From positions 74,338,001-74,402,000 of the forward strand of contig NC_043004.1 in assembly GCF_006345805.1 (NCBI RefSeq): 64,000 nt of DNA, written 5' to 3'. This DNA comes from Octopus sinensis. Its lineage: Eukaryota. Under the pieces are notes generated by a model. That model ran no database searches, was not told the DNA's origin, and was given only the letters and a program-made list of their open reading frames with translations. The stretch's first letter is position 1, and each line of letters begins with the position of its first letter. Of the stretch, positions 22,736 to 35,589 are shown piece after piece. The position numbers were made by a program, and so were the translations under genes.

Positions 22736-24275
22736 TCTCTCTATATATAAACGGCAGTTTGTCTGTCTGTCATGTTGTACCCTTACCCTGACCACGGCTT
22801 TCAACCGATTCTGATGAAACTTGACACACACATAGCCCAATGTCATAATTCAAAACTAACGCAGCGAAAATTTTGAAAAGTTCCCCCAGTTCTGAAAAAA
22901 ATCGATAAATTCGACATGGGGTCGAGAATCTAAGCTTTTTATATGCAACACATTTTCTGTTGTAGTTTTCGTAACTTGCAATCGATTTTCACCAAACTCA
23001 TGGTGAAGCTTAATGTTACCCTAAGAAACTTAATTCTGACGTTAGTTTTCCATGCAATACCTTACCATCAGAAAAAATCGATAAAATCATGCCATTTTGG
23101 GAAATCGCGTTCAAATTCAAGATGACATATTTTCGACAATATCTTTCACAAATTGGCAGGAATTTTTTTTAAATTCACAGCGAGCATCATGTCTGCTCCA
23201 AGGAGCTATATGGCCCTTTTTATTCCAATAGGATACTTTATTACTGGAAAAATCGATTAATTAAATCATATGTGGCACACATAGCAAACCGATTTGTGTA
23301 TTAAACACAAACCATAGACTGTCTAGGGGACGCAACTCGACCTTTTTAACTCTCTTACACTCTCAAATAAATATCAAACAGCTATCGATGATTCAACCCA
23401 ACCAATTCCTATCAGGAAAAAATTACATTCGAGACTTTACCCCCAACATCTCCACTTCTGCTAATAGCTGCTGCAGCCGCAAGTTATTCGAATACATTTT
23501 TTGTTTAGACTTTCTTTATAACTACCACCCCAAACGTTTTACCTTAAATTTTTGACGTACCCTAAGGGCCCTCGGACGCTACTTGCAAACTATTGGTTTA
23601 TTATAAGCCGCTTTTGTCGTGTGCACCAAAAAACCTTTTCCATTCGTTTGTTCAGTTTGGTCACTTTTCACTTTTCGTTGTTGTCACTCACATTGCTGCC
23701 CGCTTTTTTGCCGTTTTGGTACATTTTTATACATTTTGGGATACTTACCCCACGTGTTCCTTTTTATTACACTTTTGCCAAACTCATTGTTTCCACCAAA
23801 ATACTTACTCCACGTGTTCCTTTATATTACACCTTTGCCAAACACATTGCTATCCACCAAAATGCCATCCAAGAAGAGAAGGACCCTCCTCAGCCCTCGG
23901 ACGACCAAGGCATCGGCTACTAGGGCTTGAAGAGCACGCAAGACCCACGAGGAAACCGCCTTGCGCCTCTCGCAAAAAGCTTAAATCCCAAGGCCAAACG
24001 CTATAAGTTGCTGGGTTACATTTGGGCGAACAGTGCTTCGCCCACGGTCAACTCTACGTGGGCTGTTCACGCGTTGGGAGGCGCAATGATGTTTTAATGT
24101 TTTCGCCCAAAGGGACAGCTAGGAACATCGTATACACAGAAGTATTCGAGTGAAGAGAAGACATTGCAACCTACACATGCGCCTTCGTTCCCTAGAGGGA
24201 AAGGACTAGATCGGGATTAGTCGTTGCCTACTAGGGGCTCTTACATACCTGGGCAACGCTGGGCTATGCTGCTAG
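22736..24275 (+). mobile_element. Internally deleted Helitron
   Basis: A|TC 5' end with CTATATATAAA..TGTCTGTCTGTC; 3' hairpin CCTGGGCAACGCTGGG followed by CTAG|T. An N-terminal RepHel-like stub (MPSKKRRTLL, 23862) is joined to the Pif1 helicase C-terminus KSQGQTL*VAGLHLGEQCFAHGQLYVGCSRVG...NIVYTEVFE* (23983-24153). Confidence 0.92.
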
Positions 24276-24757
24276 TATATACATAAATCGGATTTGCATG
24301 CTAGAAATAAGGGCCAAAACCACATTTGTCACATATGCACACAGGGTGAAAGCGAGGAAATGAGAAAATTAGACCAACTTAACATTTTACAATTTAAAAA
24401 TTGCAAAAGAATTGCAAATCTATCCATATCACGTGATTTCATGCTTTATGATAATAACTATCATTTAGTACTCGTCAGTGCAATAACACCGTATAGAAGG
24501 CCAGAATTATCCATCTCACCATGTGTGTATAATAACCGTTTGAATGCCGTGGCAACTTCAAAATCGATCGGGAAGAATAACAATTATAAAATACATGAAG
24601 ATCTTATTATTAATAAATAAATAAATAATAATAGTGATATGTGGCAACATGCATACATCCATATAGGAAAAAATTTTAATTTAAAAAATCAGGGTACAAA
24701 AATAGTACGTGCATGCTAGAAATAAGAGTCAAAGCAAGTCAAAACTACTTTATGCCT

Positions 24758-24855
<98 letters not shown>

Positions 24856-25249
24856 GTGGTCGAGTAGTATACGGTTGGTTATAAACGATCAGAAAGTTAC
24901 CAGATTGGTTTCACGCCTGCAATTACACTTGGTACTCTGTCATAGTAGTGCGTTCTGGATATGAAATTAAACTTCATCATGTTGTGAAGATCAAGTTCGG
25001 TAGTTCTGGCAGAGTGGGGAGCATGAAATCAACCCTTAAGTATCATTACTCCCAGGTTCATTCTGACCCGGTATGATAATATCTGTCGGGGTCATATCTA
25101 AATGTTATATTTACCTGGGACGGAAGAGCCTACCGTGGAGAAGGCAGCTTTTCTAGAAGATACTCTGACATAACACTTGTAGACAGTTAGTTCCAGTCAT
25201 GTTTTAATGCTTGTCACTGGAACCTACTATGGTAACCGGGACAACACAA

Positions 25250-25462
25250 AGAGGTACTGAAAAGTTCCTGGCTTTTGGTAAAAGAAAATACAGTAGGATC
25301 AGTTAATTCTGATTTTATTCAATACCTTCCGCTCTCAGATTCACACTTTCGTTGCAGCAGTCCTTAAGTTTTTCTAAGTCCTGTAAAAGAACTGGGAAGG
25401 TTGGGATTGCAACCAGGTCTTTCGCGATACACTTAAAACCAGGAACTTTTCACCATCTCCTC
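25250..25462. mobile_element. Mariner-type MITE
   Basis: TIRs GAGGTACTGAAAAGTTCCTGGCTTT / AAAACCAGGAACTTTTCACCATCTCCTC. Confidence 0.65.
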
Positions 25463-25869
25463 ACTGCAAAAGTGTTGTATAAGTTTTTCTTAAGGTTAGG
25501 GTTAGGGGTATCTCACTATCATTGGCGATAGACATCCACGCACTTGCAATGATGAAAGTAAATCAGAACAACCAGGCCGAGTGTGAGACGATTATCATCA
25601 ACAAGATGAAGCAATCCAAAATGAAGCTTCAAAGATTACACGAATCACATACGATATTGAAGTTGCATTTGAGATTACAATTCCAACGGAAACTTAGATT
25701 ATGCTGAGATGTTTAGGCCCATCTATATGAATTTTGGCTTAACATACACATCTTCGGATGTTTTGTGTACCCACTTCGTCTCAACAAATAATCCTCAAAC
25801 AATGTTTGTCAAACGTTTCGTTACTTTTCTCTCGAATTTTCTCTCTTTCCCTCTTCTTCTTCACATCTC

Positions 25870-26680
25870 ACAAGCTCTGCTACCACGATTCTTTTACACT
25901 TATCCTTCACTCATTCATTCTCTAGTTTTCATCGCAATTGAATAGTTTTCTAATGAAATACAACACACAGTGCGTATCAACACACATACTGAGCACTTGT
26001 GAGTACATTTAAGATGACAGTCTAACATGTATAGGCACAGATACAAAGAGAGATGCTGAGTGAGTGAGAAGAAAATGTATTTTATAAGTAATAATTTTCC
26101 TGTTTACATAGAGCTCGTGTAGGAGCATGGCATGTTGGTTGGTATGTTAATCTAAACATTATAAGATCGTCATTTCGATCCCTGGACTGTTGTTTTGCTG
26201 AGTCTTTTATTACATATTTTTCATCTTGCGTTGGTGGAATGACCTCTCACACCCCATCTACCAGTTCGTCGCTGTTCCTCTGGATAATGTGTGGTAAGGC
26301 CAAGAGATTGTCTGTGTTTCTTGCTGACTATAGAGATGTCTAAATCTAGTAGCAAAATCATCTTACATGTTCCCATGTCACACTCTCCTACGCGTGGCAT
26401 ATACTCTCCCTCCTCATTTATCCTGTTAAATTGATTATGGAAATTTATTACAATCAGGTTAATCATATAAGTAATGTTAATTAAATGTTAATTAAATGTT
26501 TAGTATTTTAATCATGTTTCTAATTATATGTTGAAGGACTATGCACAGTTCTGATTTATGATTTAGAACAAGATTTTCCAGCTGCACTAGTTCTTATCCG
26601 CTCTAACAATTGAACAAAAAAAACCCAAATGCAACAGAATAATTGTGATATGTAAATTTAGCATGTTGCTTACAATACTT
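25870..26680 (+). repeat. ~800-bp dispersed repeat, copy 1 (copy 2 at 56225-57025), containing an old tRNA-SINE-like head
   Basis: Collinear similarity, e.g. CTAGTTTTCATCGCAATTGAATAGTTTTCTAATGAAATACAAC in both copies. Confidence 0.85.
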
Positions 26681-27769
26681 CGTAGATAACTCTGGTGTTT
26701 TAATTTCGAACAATACATTACTGGTTGTTAATGCATGTGTTATTTGCAGTGTCCTTGAAGTGGCCAATTTTATGATACGGTTTCAAATGAGGTTAAATTG
26801 TACGTGGACAGGTTTTAATTTTCAAAAATATCTTATGGCTTACTCCAAAGATATTCTATTTAAACAATAGAATATTGGAATTTTTTTAATCAGATACATT
26901 TATTAAATGGAATCACTAACAACTCAAAGAAATGAAATAGACAACATTATAAATGACGTTGAATAGTCGGTAATAATTACGTATATCTATAAAACAGTCC
27001 TTGGACGAAAATTGTATGCACATTTTGCTTTGACGGTAGTAGCTGTTGTAACTACATCACGGAGGCCAATAAGGGATCAATGTTAAACGATTTTTTCTTT
27101 GGTTTCGTACCAAAAAGAAAAAAATTTTAAACCTCCAGCGCAAACTTCAAACAACTCGTCGACACTTTTATATACTGCTTTTGCATATGCAATATAACGA
27201 AGCAGGGGGAGAAAGTATATACACAACGCACTACTATTACACGAGACTCAAAGCTCTATACCGAAAGCTCTCAGTGAACGGTTACCAACACGAACTTCTG
27301 ACCACTCGACAGTTGTCTGTTTAACATTAATGTCCAGTCCACTTTTAATCACACTGGGGTGGTCGCAATCATTCGAGAACAAAAATGATCTAGTATAAAT
27401 ACATAAATGTGTTTGTGCTTGCGCTTGCGTGCGAGTGTGGTAAGGAGAAAACTTACTCAGCTTACATAAAGCCAAAATATTAGAGGAGAGAAAGTGATGC
27501 AAATTTTTGATAAACTGCATCTGCTAACATTATGAAGTAACTCCGAGCCCTTGGAAGCAATATTATCGATAATGGCCGAAATTGCGCTTGACACACTGGC
27601 GATAACTGAAGAGGAGTCGGTTACCTCCTCTGTTTCCTGTTTATCTGTGTATCTAGTATACGTTCGTATGTTAATTTATTACAATTTTTTTCATTATACA
27701 CACACACGCACTTCTGTATACATCATAACATTTCTGTTATGATTCCTGATGGAATTCATTTGACTCATC

Positions 27770-28340
27770 TTGTTCTACAATGAACAGGGCTTACCTCTCT
27801 TGCGACTGTTTTTCAAAGTAAAACGTGTATATACTCCAATGTTTGTTTTCTTGGAGTCAGAAATAGAAGTCAATAATTCTCTTACATTCTTATGCCATCT
27901 AAAGGCTACAATAGGCGGCTGAGGAAATATCTGCTTGAAACGAGATTTTTTTGCCACATGCTGGTAACTTTCATGCAACACTTTTGCACAATAACTCTGT
28001 CACCATTCAGCCTCCAGAAAACTTGACTTTTGTGTACAAAAATTCAACGCTAGTTTTTGAAAAACTAGATGTAAATTTTAAGTTGGACTTAAAGCCACAA
28101 TTTCTAGCATAACAGTCACAGAAATGCAAGAAGTCCATTAAACTATCCTGTGATCCTTCCCAGACAAAACATACGTTGTCAATGAACCGTAACCAGAGTA
28201 TTGGTTCATGACCATGAAGGTATTTGAATGTCTTCAGTAACTGTGTCTCGAATTTCGTCATGAAGACATTAACGAAATTAAATGCCATGGGGTACCCTTG
28301 GCGCAACCCTTCGTGTGTTGGTAAACGCTTTGTCTAAACT
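27770..28340 (-). mobile_element. PLE RT and linker remnant (Neptune/Naiad type), internally deleted
   Basis: QGYPMAFNFVNVFMTKFE, PILWLRFIDNVCFVW, LKFTSSFSKTSVEFL, FKQIFPQPPIVAFRWHKNVRELL. Confidence 0.85.
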
Positions 28341-28769
28341 TCATTGTGTTACTTTCTAACACAAGCCTCAATAATCTACATAGAAAATTTGAGGGAATAA
28401 TTTTGTTTGACCGCTTTCGAAGGCATCCATGCATGCTTCTGCCCCTTCATTGTGGTCAATATTGGGATATAAGGAAGAAACATCCATGTTTCTCGAAACG
28501 GCCTCGGTGCTTAAAAAAGGAAGAAACATCTATGTTTCTCGACAGGACCTCGGTGCTTAAAAAAGTGTGATTGTTCTTAACTTACCATCGAAAATCACAT
28601 TTAAGTATATATTAGGACGAATTGACCTGGGGATGAATTCATCAATGACGAATTGACCGAGGACAAATTAAGCAGAGACGAAATAATTGGGAGCGAATTG
28701 TCCTAGCACCCTTCAAAATATGCGTTTAGAAAATATAATTATATTGAATTAATTATTTGGAAGAAGGCA

Positions 28770-29431
28770 GTCTGGGTCAAATGCTTCTGTTGGCTGTCTC
28801 CACACGTATACTTAGCCGGTGGTCAGACATAAGGTAAAGGATGACTCGTCCGAGAAAGTAATTCTTCCACTGCTCTAGGGACCAAACGCTTTGCAACGTT
28901 TGTTTTTGAAAACAATGGTTTTCTGATTGCAGCCCGCACGTGAAACCCGGCGTTGCGCAGCTCCCGGAGAACAGTTTTTGTGGAAACTGGGTTCTCGAGG
29001 TAGTCCTTAAGCTCTGCAGTAATTTGGGGAGCTGTACTTTTGTGATCCTTTCAAACAATTTGCATTTTCTTCCGGAGTTTTGTTTCGACGAGGAGGTTCT
29101 TCCCTCTTTCTCAAAGGCTGTCATTACTTTCGAGACAGTACTTCTTGATACACAAAACGTTTCGGCTGTTTTCGTTACGCTAGCGCCTGCTATACGAGCA
29201 TCAACAATTTGATCTCTTTGAAAGTTCGATAGATTTGTCATTTTAATGAACTTTAATTACTTTTTCCTGATGATATCTGAAAAGAAACTACAATTTTAGC
29301 AAAGCATATTAAACAACGCTAACAATAAATAAAATAATCATTAAAATAAACAAGTTTTTGACGGTTTTATAGATATTTCAGAATTATGAATCTAAGATGC
29401 TAGGTGTTTCCATTATTTTGTCCAACCCCTG
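28770..29431 (-). mobile_element. Tc1-family transposon, 5' half with one TIR
   Basis: LSNFQRDQIVDARIAGASVTKTAETFCVSRSTVSKV (paired-like HTH), GRVILY/SDE region, and TIR CAGGGGTTGGACAAAATAATGGAAACAC ending at 29431. Confidence 0.9.
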
Positions 29432-30643
29432 AATATATACGTATAAGCATGTATAAGGTGTGTATGTATATATATGTGTGTATATGTGTATGTATATACA
29501 CACATACATTTGTATAATTGTATGTATATGTATGATTACTATTATTTAGTGAATTATTTAGAATATTTATTCATAATCAATAATTTATTAAGTAATATGA
29601 TGCTAAAGATTTATTACTCTAAAAGTATATTGTGAGTAAATTAATCTTATAACAACCGTTATTTAATTTCCATCACAATATATTATAATTCTATATTAGC
29701 TATAATTATAATTATAAATTTATTCTATATTTTACTTTTATTTTATGGATGCATTATTGATCTGAATATATATCCAAGTATATATGTACATATATATGTA
29801 TCAGAATATACGCATGTATCGGAGCAGCTACAGAAACAACCAAGTTGAGAAGCGTCAGCGGCGAAAGAAAAACAACAGAAATGCCGAGCGCCGAGTTACC
29901 CTCTTGGTATGCAAGTAATGTGAAAGAAGATGCAAGAAGGGGAGCCCCTGATATGTTCGATTAAGTGACCTCTAAGCTAAATTGACCGTCTGCATAGACG
30001 AAAAGGGCCAATTATTATTGCATGTATGTATGTATGTATGTATGTATGTATGTATGTATGTGTGTGTGTGTGTGTTGTGTGTGTGTGTGTGTGGTGTGTG
30101 TGTGTGTGTGTGTTGTGTGTGTGTGTATTTAAGTGTGGGACTTCAAATAATATGGCTTCTTCCCTTAGTTTTCTAGGGATTCTTTTGTAGTCCATGTTGA
30201 TTTGTTTTGCAAATACATAAATATATATATGCTTATACATTCGTGTTCTTCTTATTTCTCTCTATATATCCTTATATATTATTTTACTGTTTACCCGTAG
30301 ATGAATAGAGTATTATTATTATAATAACCCGTATTTTTTAATAAAATGAAAGAATGGAAGGGATAATTATCATTTCCCTATAGTATTTTAAATATTAAAA
30401 AAAAATATTTTAAAAATATTGTTCCTTGTATTTTAAAATTCTAATGCGTTAAGATATATTTAGATTAAAATACTTAATAGTATACAAGTATATTTTATGA
30501 CCGTTATATTTTTATTTTCATATTTTATTTATTATCTTCTTTATGCTTGCTTTTGTTTTTATTTATTGACGTTCACATTAGATAACATAAATATATTTAA
30601 ATTCAGTCTTTTCTTGGCTCTGTGAATCCTTATATATCAAAAA

Positions 30644-30703
30644 TTACACTGAAGAGATTATTTTAATTTTATTATGGGTAAGTATCGAAACAATTGTATA
30701 TCT
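30644..30703 (+). ncRNA. Type I hammerhead motif with degraded stem I
   Basis: CTGAAGA 30649-30655; GAT/ATC stem II; GAAA 30687-30690; palindromic ACAATTGT; cleavage triplet GUA. Stem I has mismatches. Confidence 0.6.
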
Positions 30704-31039
30704 CTATTTTCTATTCCTTTTTATAAATTTAATATATACCCATGTGATTTGTAAGGATTTAATCTATAAGTATTCGGTATTTAACATGGAGTCAGTGAAA
30801 GATTGGGTGTTTACAGCCTTATTTTCCTCCTACACACACACACACAACACACACACACACATATATATATATATATTATATATATATATATATATTATAT
30901 ATATATATATATATATGCATACATACACACAAACATGTATATATATATATAAGCATATAAGTATATATAAACATATATATATGTACATATATAAAAATAT
31001 ATATAGGTACATATATGTGCCTATATATATATATATATA

Positions 31040-31129
<90 letters not shown>

Positions 31130-31397
31130 CACATACTTACATACATACGAGTAAATGTATATATCCGAAATTGCGAGGATGATCCGGTTCTTGACTGAAG
31201 ATAAAAGGCTTCAAATGACCTGTCCTTGTTTTTTTGTATCGTCTATATGAATGTTTTGTTGTCCCTTTTTTATCATCTAGTTGTCCGGATGTTTTGCGTC
31301 CTTGTCCCATTTTGTATTTCATATATATATATATATACATAGCGGCATACGTACACTTTGTTCTCTTATATGTCAGTACATACGTGCATGCATACAT

Positions 31398-31428
<31 letters not shown>

Positions 31429-31929
31429 TTCATGGACAGAAAGATTGATGAATAAAATATGGAAAGGACATAAATGTATGTTAAAGTATATACACAAGCA
31501 TACATCTGTGTATACATATATTCATGCACAAATGCATTCATATATACACGTACACGTGCATACGAATATACATACGAACATAGATGCGTACATACATAAC
31601 TAAATACATACATACACATACAAGCGTTATGTGTGTGTGTGTGTGTGTGTATGCGCGTGTGTTTTTTACATGTTAACACAAAACGCTGTTAAATATTCAT
31701 GATGTCTTTATTTTCAGTATTGATTCGTTTCACACAAATCCATATGCACATTGCTAAGTTTCAATTCAAAACCAGTTAAGTAACATGGGACTTTGATGTT
31801 GAATTGTTTTCCTAAGTTATGATGCATAAATTAGTATTTCTTCGCTTTAGTGTGAGAATATTGCCATAAAGTTGCAGTTTTTGTTACAAGGTCCACTATA
31901 CCTTTTTATTCTTCGGCTTCGAAAAAGTA

Positions 31930-32570
31930 TCATTATCAATTTCTCCTGGGCTCGTAAACACATAGAAGGGGAAATTCTTTGTTTCTAGTTCCTATTGGCT
32001 CCGCTTTTTTTTGTTGTTCCTCATTTTCTTTTTCAATCCATTGATGTCTCCTTGAAAGCTGATTTAGAATGGTGTTGTTTTGGTACCCGGAATAGGTGGT
32101 TTGCTAGTTTTATCTTCCTTCTGTAACACTTTTCCTGTCTTCAATAGATAAATGGTCCTTCCCATGCATCTTTGATGGAATACATTTAGTGTTTTGTTTT
32201 TATGGTGCTCTTCCTTGTCTAAATGGCATAAAAAGCTGTTGGGAGAACCGTTTTATTATAAATTTGCATCTTTGCGTGTTTAGCCGATGGTGGTAAATGA
32301 CCAGATATTGTTGATTCTCTTGGATACGGTTGCCCCTTGGCCAGTTCCATTGGTACCATCGGTCTCAATAATGCTTTGGTAACAGATCATGCTATTCGGA
32401 TATATGAATCTCTCTTTTATATCTCTTATAATTCGATATTTTATAATTGATTTTTATGATTGTTGTTGTTCAACGGTCATCAAATTTAAAGTTTCATTAT
32501 TTCGCTCTTCTCCATATTAACTCTCAGACTGATATTTCCAGCTTTGTTCCATGGTACTGAATTTCAAATG
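31930..32570 (-). mobile_element. RTE-clade LINE RT C-terminal remnant
   Basis: ISLRVNMEKSEIM, FIYPNSMI, RINNIWS, TLNVFHQRCMGR, LANHLFRVP, with many stops. Confidence 0.7.
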
Positions 32571-32919
32571 GGTGATCGACATATCAAAGGAAAATGATGA
32601 CATAATTTAATCAACAGTACCAACATTTATCCTTGTCTACGCTGAAATCATTACGACTGTTATGCGCATGCAGGAGGCATGTAATATAGAGTAATTTTGC
32701 CCGAAATCTCTCTGTATCTCTCTCTCTCTCTCTCTCTCTCAGAAAAATAATTATAGCGTTTACAATTGACATGTCAGATCTTATTAACTATGTTTAAAAG
32801 GAATGGTATTTCCACTTAAAAGAACGACAATAGAATATATATATATGCATTATTTGCCAAACAATTACTAATATTGTAATACTAATTCCCATTGTCACTA
32901 TTTTCTTTTTCTCCAAAAC

Positions 32920-33040
32920 TTATTCTGTCGGTATCTTTTGCCGAACCGCTAAGTTACGGCGGCGTAAACACACCAGCATCGATTGTCAAGCGATGATAGG
33001 GAGACAAACTCAGACGCACACATGCATATATATATTTATA
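32920..33040 (-). mobile_element. SINE family 3 fragment
   Basis: Reverse complement of GCTGGTGTGTTTACG...TTAGCGGTTCGGCAAAAGA. Confidence 0.75.
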
Positions 33041-33094
33041 TATATAAATAAATGAAAGAATGGAGTCGAACGACGATTTAACAAAATTCCTTTA

Positions 33095-33177
33095 TTCTCG
33101 ACATATGTTTCGAAGACTGCATATTCTCAATTCCGAAGGAATAAAGGGTGCATTATGCCGCCTTCTCATCAGGAAAA
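33095..33177 (-). ncRNA. Type I hammerhead ribozyme
   Basis: Reverse complement of the 34354-34436 motif. Confidence 0.88.
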
Positions 33178-34353
33178 ACAAGGAACTTATGTCAGCATCA
33201 TGATGAACAAAAACTTTTAGATGAATGCCCACACGGAGTCCATGGTGATAATGAGTGTTTCTTTAAAATATTCCGTTATAAGCAGTGACGTCAAAATTGG
33301 TTGGATGGAGAAGATTCTAAAGAGTTCAAAAGTTCAAAAATGGTTGGAATGGGAAAGTTCTGAGAATAGGAGGGTGACAGAGTGCAAGTCGTATGAATGG
33401 TGGTGCGTTGTTGTTTGCTGTTGCTAATGAGATTGAGTGCCTATGTGTGTGTATGTATATAACTGCATTCGTGTCTATGTGTGTTCGTGATTGTGTGTGT
33501 GTGGGGGGGATAAATGTCAAATACATCTTGTGGTGAAGTGACAGTTTTGTGTCTGTGTGTTTGATTGTGCTTATGATAGAGAGAGGGAGAGAGAGAGAGG
33601 GGGAGAGGTAGAGAGACAAAGGTAGAACATACCCCAACGAGTTTGGCAGTAGCTCTCCATGTAACTGAGTATAAAAAATATTTTTCCATGGCGTTGTTGT
33701 AGAAGTGGAACCACATTATTAAATTCAAGGAGGTTAACTATATTATTCCTCATTCATATGAGTGGAAGGTGTGCTTCCTCCAGTGCATGCACCTATAGGA
33801 TTTTTCTACCATTGTGTTTACTAAAGAGAATATAGTATATAGAAAAGTTCGGAATTACAGACGGCACAATATTTTCTGGGGTATGTTCAACCTTTGTCTC
33901 TCTACCTCTCCCACTCTCTCTCTCTCTCTCTCTCCCTCTCTCTATCATAAGCACAATCAAGCACACAGGCACAAAACTGTCACTTCACCACTAGATGTAT
34001 TTGACATTTATCCCCCCCCCACACACACAATCACGAACACACATACACACACATAGACACGAATGCAGTTATATACATACACACACATAGGCACTCAATC
34101 TCATTAGCAAAAGCAAACAACAACGCACCACCATTCATACGACTTGCACTCTGTCACCCTCCTATTCTTAGAACTTTCCCATTCCAACCATTTTTGAACT
34201 TTTGAACTCTTTAGAATCTTCTCCATCCAACCAATTTTGACGTCACTGCTTATAACGGAATATTTTAAAGAAACACTCATTATCACTATGGACTCCGTGT
34301 GGGCATTCATCTAAAAGTTTTTGTTCATCATGATGCTGACATAAGTTCCTTGT

Positions 34354-34436
34354 TTTTCCTGATGAGAAGGCGGCATAATGCACCCTTTATTCCTTCGGAA
34401 TTGAGAATATGCAGTCTTCGAAACATATGTCGAGAA
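34354..34436 (+). ncRNA. Type I hammerhead ribozyme, extended stem II
   Basis: TTTTC-CTGATGA(34359)-GAAGGC.GCATA..ATTCC ttc GGAAT..TATGC.GTCTTC-GAAA(34420)-CATATG-TC-GAGAA; AATAAA at 34435. Confidence 0.88.
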
Positions 34437-34632
34437 TAAAGGAATTTTGTTAAATCGTCGTTCGACTCCATTCTTTCATTTATTTATAGTAAAAAAAAAA
34501 AAAATTTCCACACGAAAGCACGTGATTTCTGCCCTTGGCATGTAGCTTCAACTGTGATTTCTGACGTAAATTTGCTACCCGGGTATCGGTTAACCGAATT
34601 ATCCATACTAGGATAATTCATTCAACTACTTA

Positions 34633-34703
<71 letters not shown>

Positions 34704-34706
<3 letters not shown>

Positions 34707-34856
34707 GACGGGCTTCTTTCAGTTTACGTCTACCACATTCACTCAGAAGGCTTTGGTTGGCGCGAGGCTATAGTAGAAATACTTGCCGAAGGTGCCACGC
34801 AGTGGTACTGAACCCGGAACCATGTGGTTGATAAGCAAGCTACTTACCACACAGTC
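34704..34856 (-). mobile_element. SINE family 3, 5' part
   Basis: TGTGTGGTAAGTAGCTTGCT...GGTTCCGGGTTCAGTACCACTGCGTGGCACC...GAAAGAAGCCCGTCGTA. Confidence 0.88.
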
Positions 34857-35589
34857 AGTCATTCTTTACCTATGAATCCATTGAATTCCTAATTTATTTT
34901 ACTCGTGTGGGTCGCACATAGCCATTCGATGTATATAAAATCGTATTATATTTTTATAACTAAATATTATCTGGATATATTAGAACATTTATTAAAATAT
35001 TTTGTATATTGTAGATGTATCACCAATTTCTTGCACACAAACTTTAATAAGTAAATTCTATGGAAAATGAATGCTCACTAATAAAAGGAGTCACATATAT
35101 TATAAGGAAGTGTTTATTAAAAGAAGATAATACTTTAGTGCTGCTTTATGTGGAACGGACCTTGCGGTTGGTGCTGCTCTGCTAGTTTTGCAATATACGG
35201 CTTCAACGTTGTCAATGAGAATCAAAGATCACCTCTTTCTACAATTTAGAGGCGTTTATGGGCATTTTACAGTAATTTAGTGACACAAGGTAAGGTGAAG
35301 GAAAAGCAGTAAAGTACACCTTCGCTTCCTCCATACATTATGTTTCCCACCATTAAATCTTGTCTGAAATATTTCATCACTCAGCAGTTCAATGCGATTC
35401 TCCTGCAAACAGATGACTACATCAGTACATCACCAAAATTAACTTCAAAAGGAAGTGTCACCCAAAGCGTTATATTTAACTTGAGCTGGTCACTTCAAAA
35501 AGAAGTGTCACCCAAATCGAGCTTATTTATCATCATGCAAGTTTTTTTTAATGTTCTGCTTACATTACAAGTTAATCATCGTTCGGAAC

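Larger units (their letters stand above)
33043..34488. mobile_element. Inverted pair of PLE 3'/pLTR segments (arms 33043-33636 and 33877-34488, 240-bp spacer)
   Basis: Arms are near-identical reverse complements; each has an HHR followed by AATAAA. Confidence 0.88.

Noticed and set aside
22813-22830. CTGATGAAAC in the Helitron (also in mariner at ~40045 and Tc1 at ~29267)
   Set aside because: There is no intervening stem II; these are chance matches in other elements.
27248-27520. 90-aa minus ORF with a possible internal exon (SFLFSNDCDHPSVIKSG...)
   Set aside because: The donor is weak, I recognise no family, and the length is within chance expectation.
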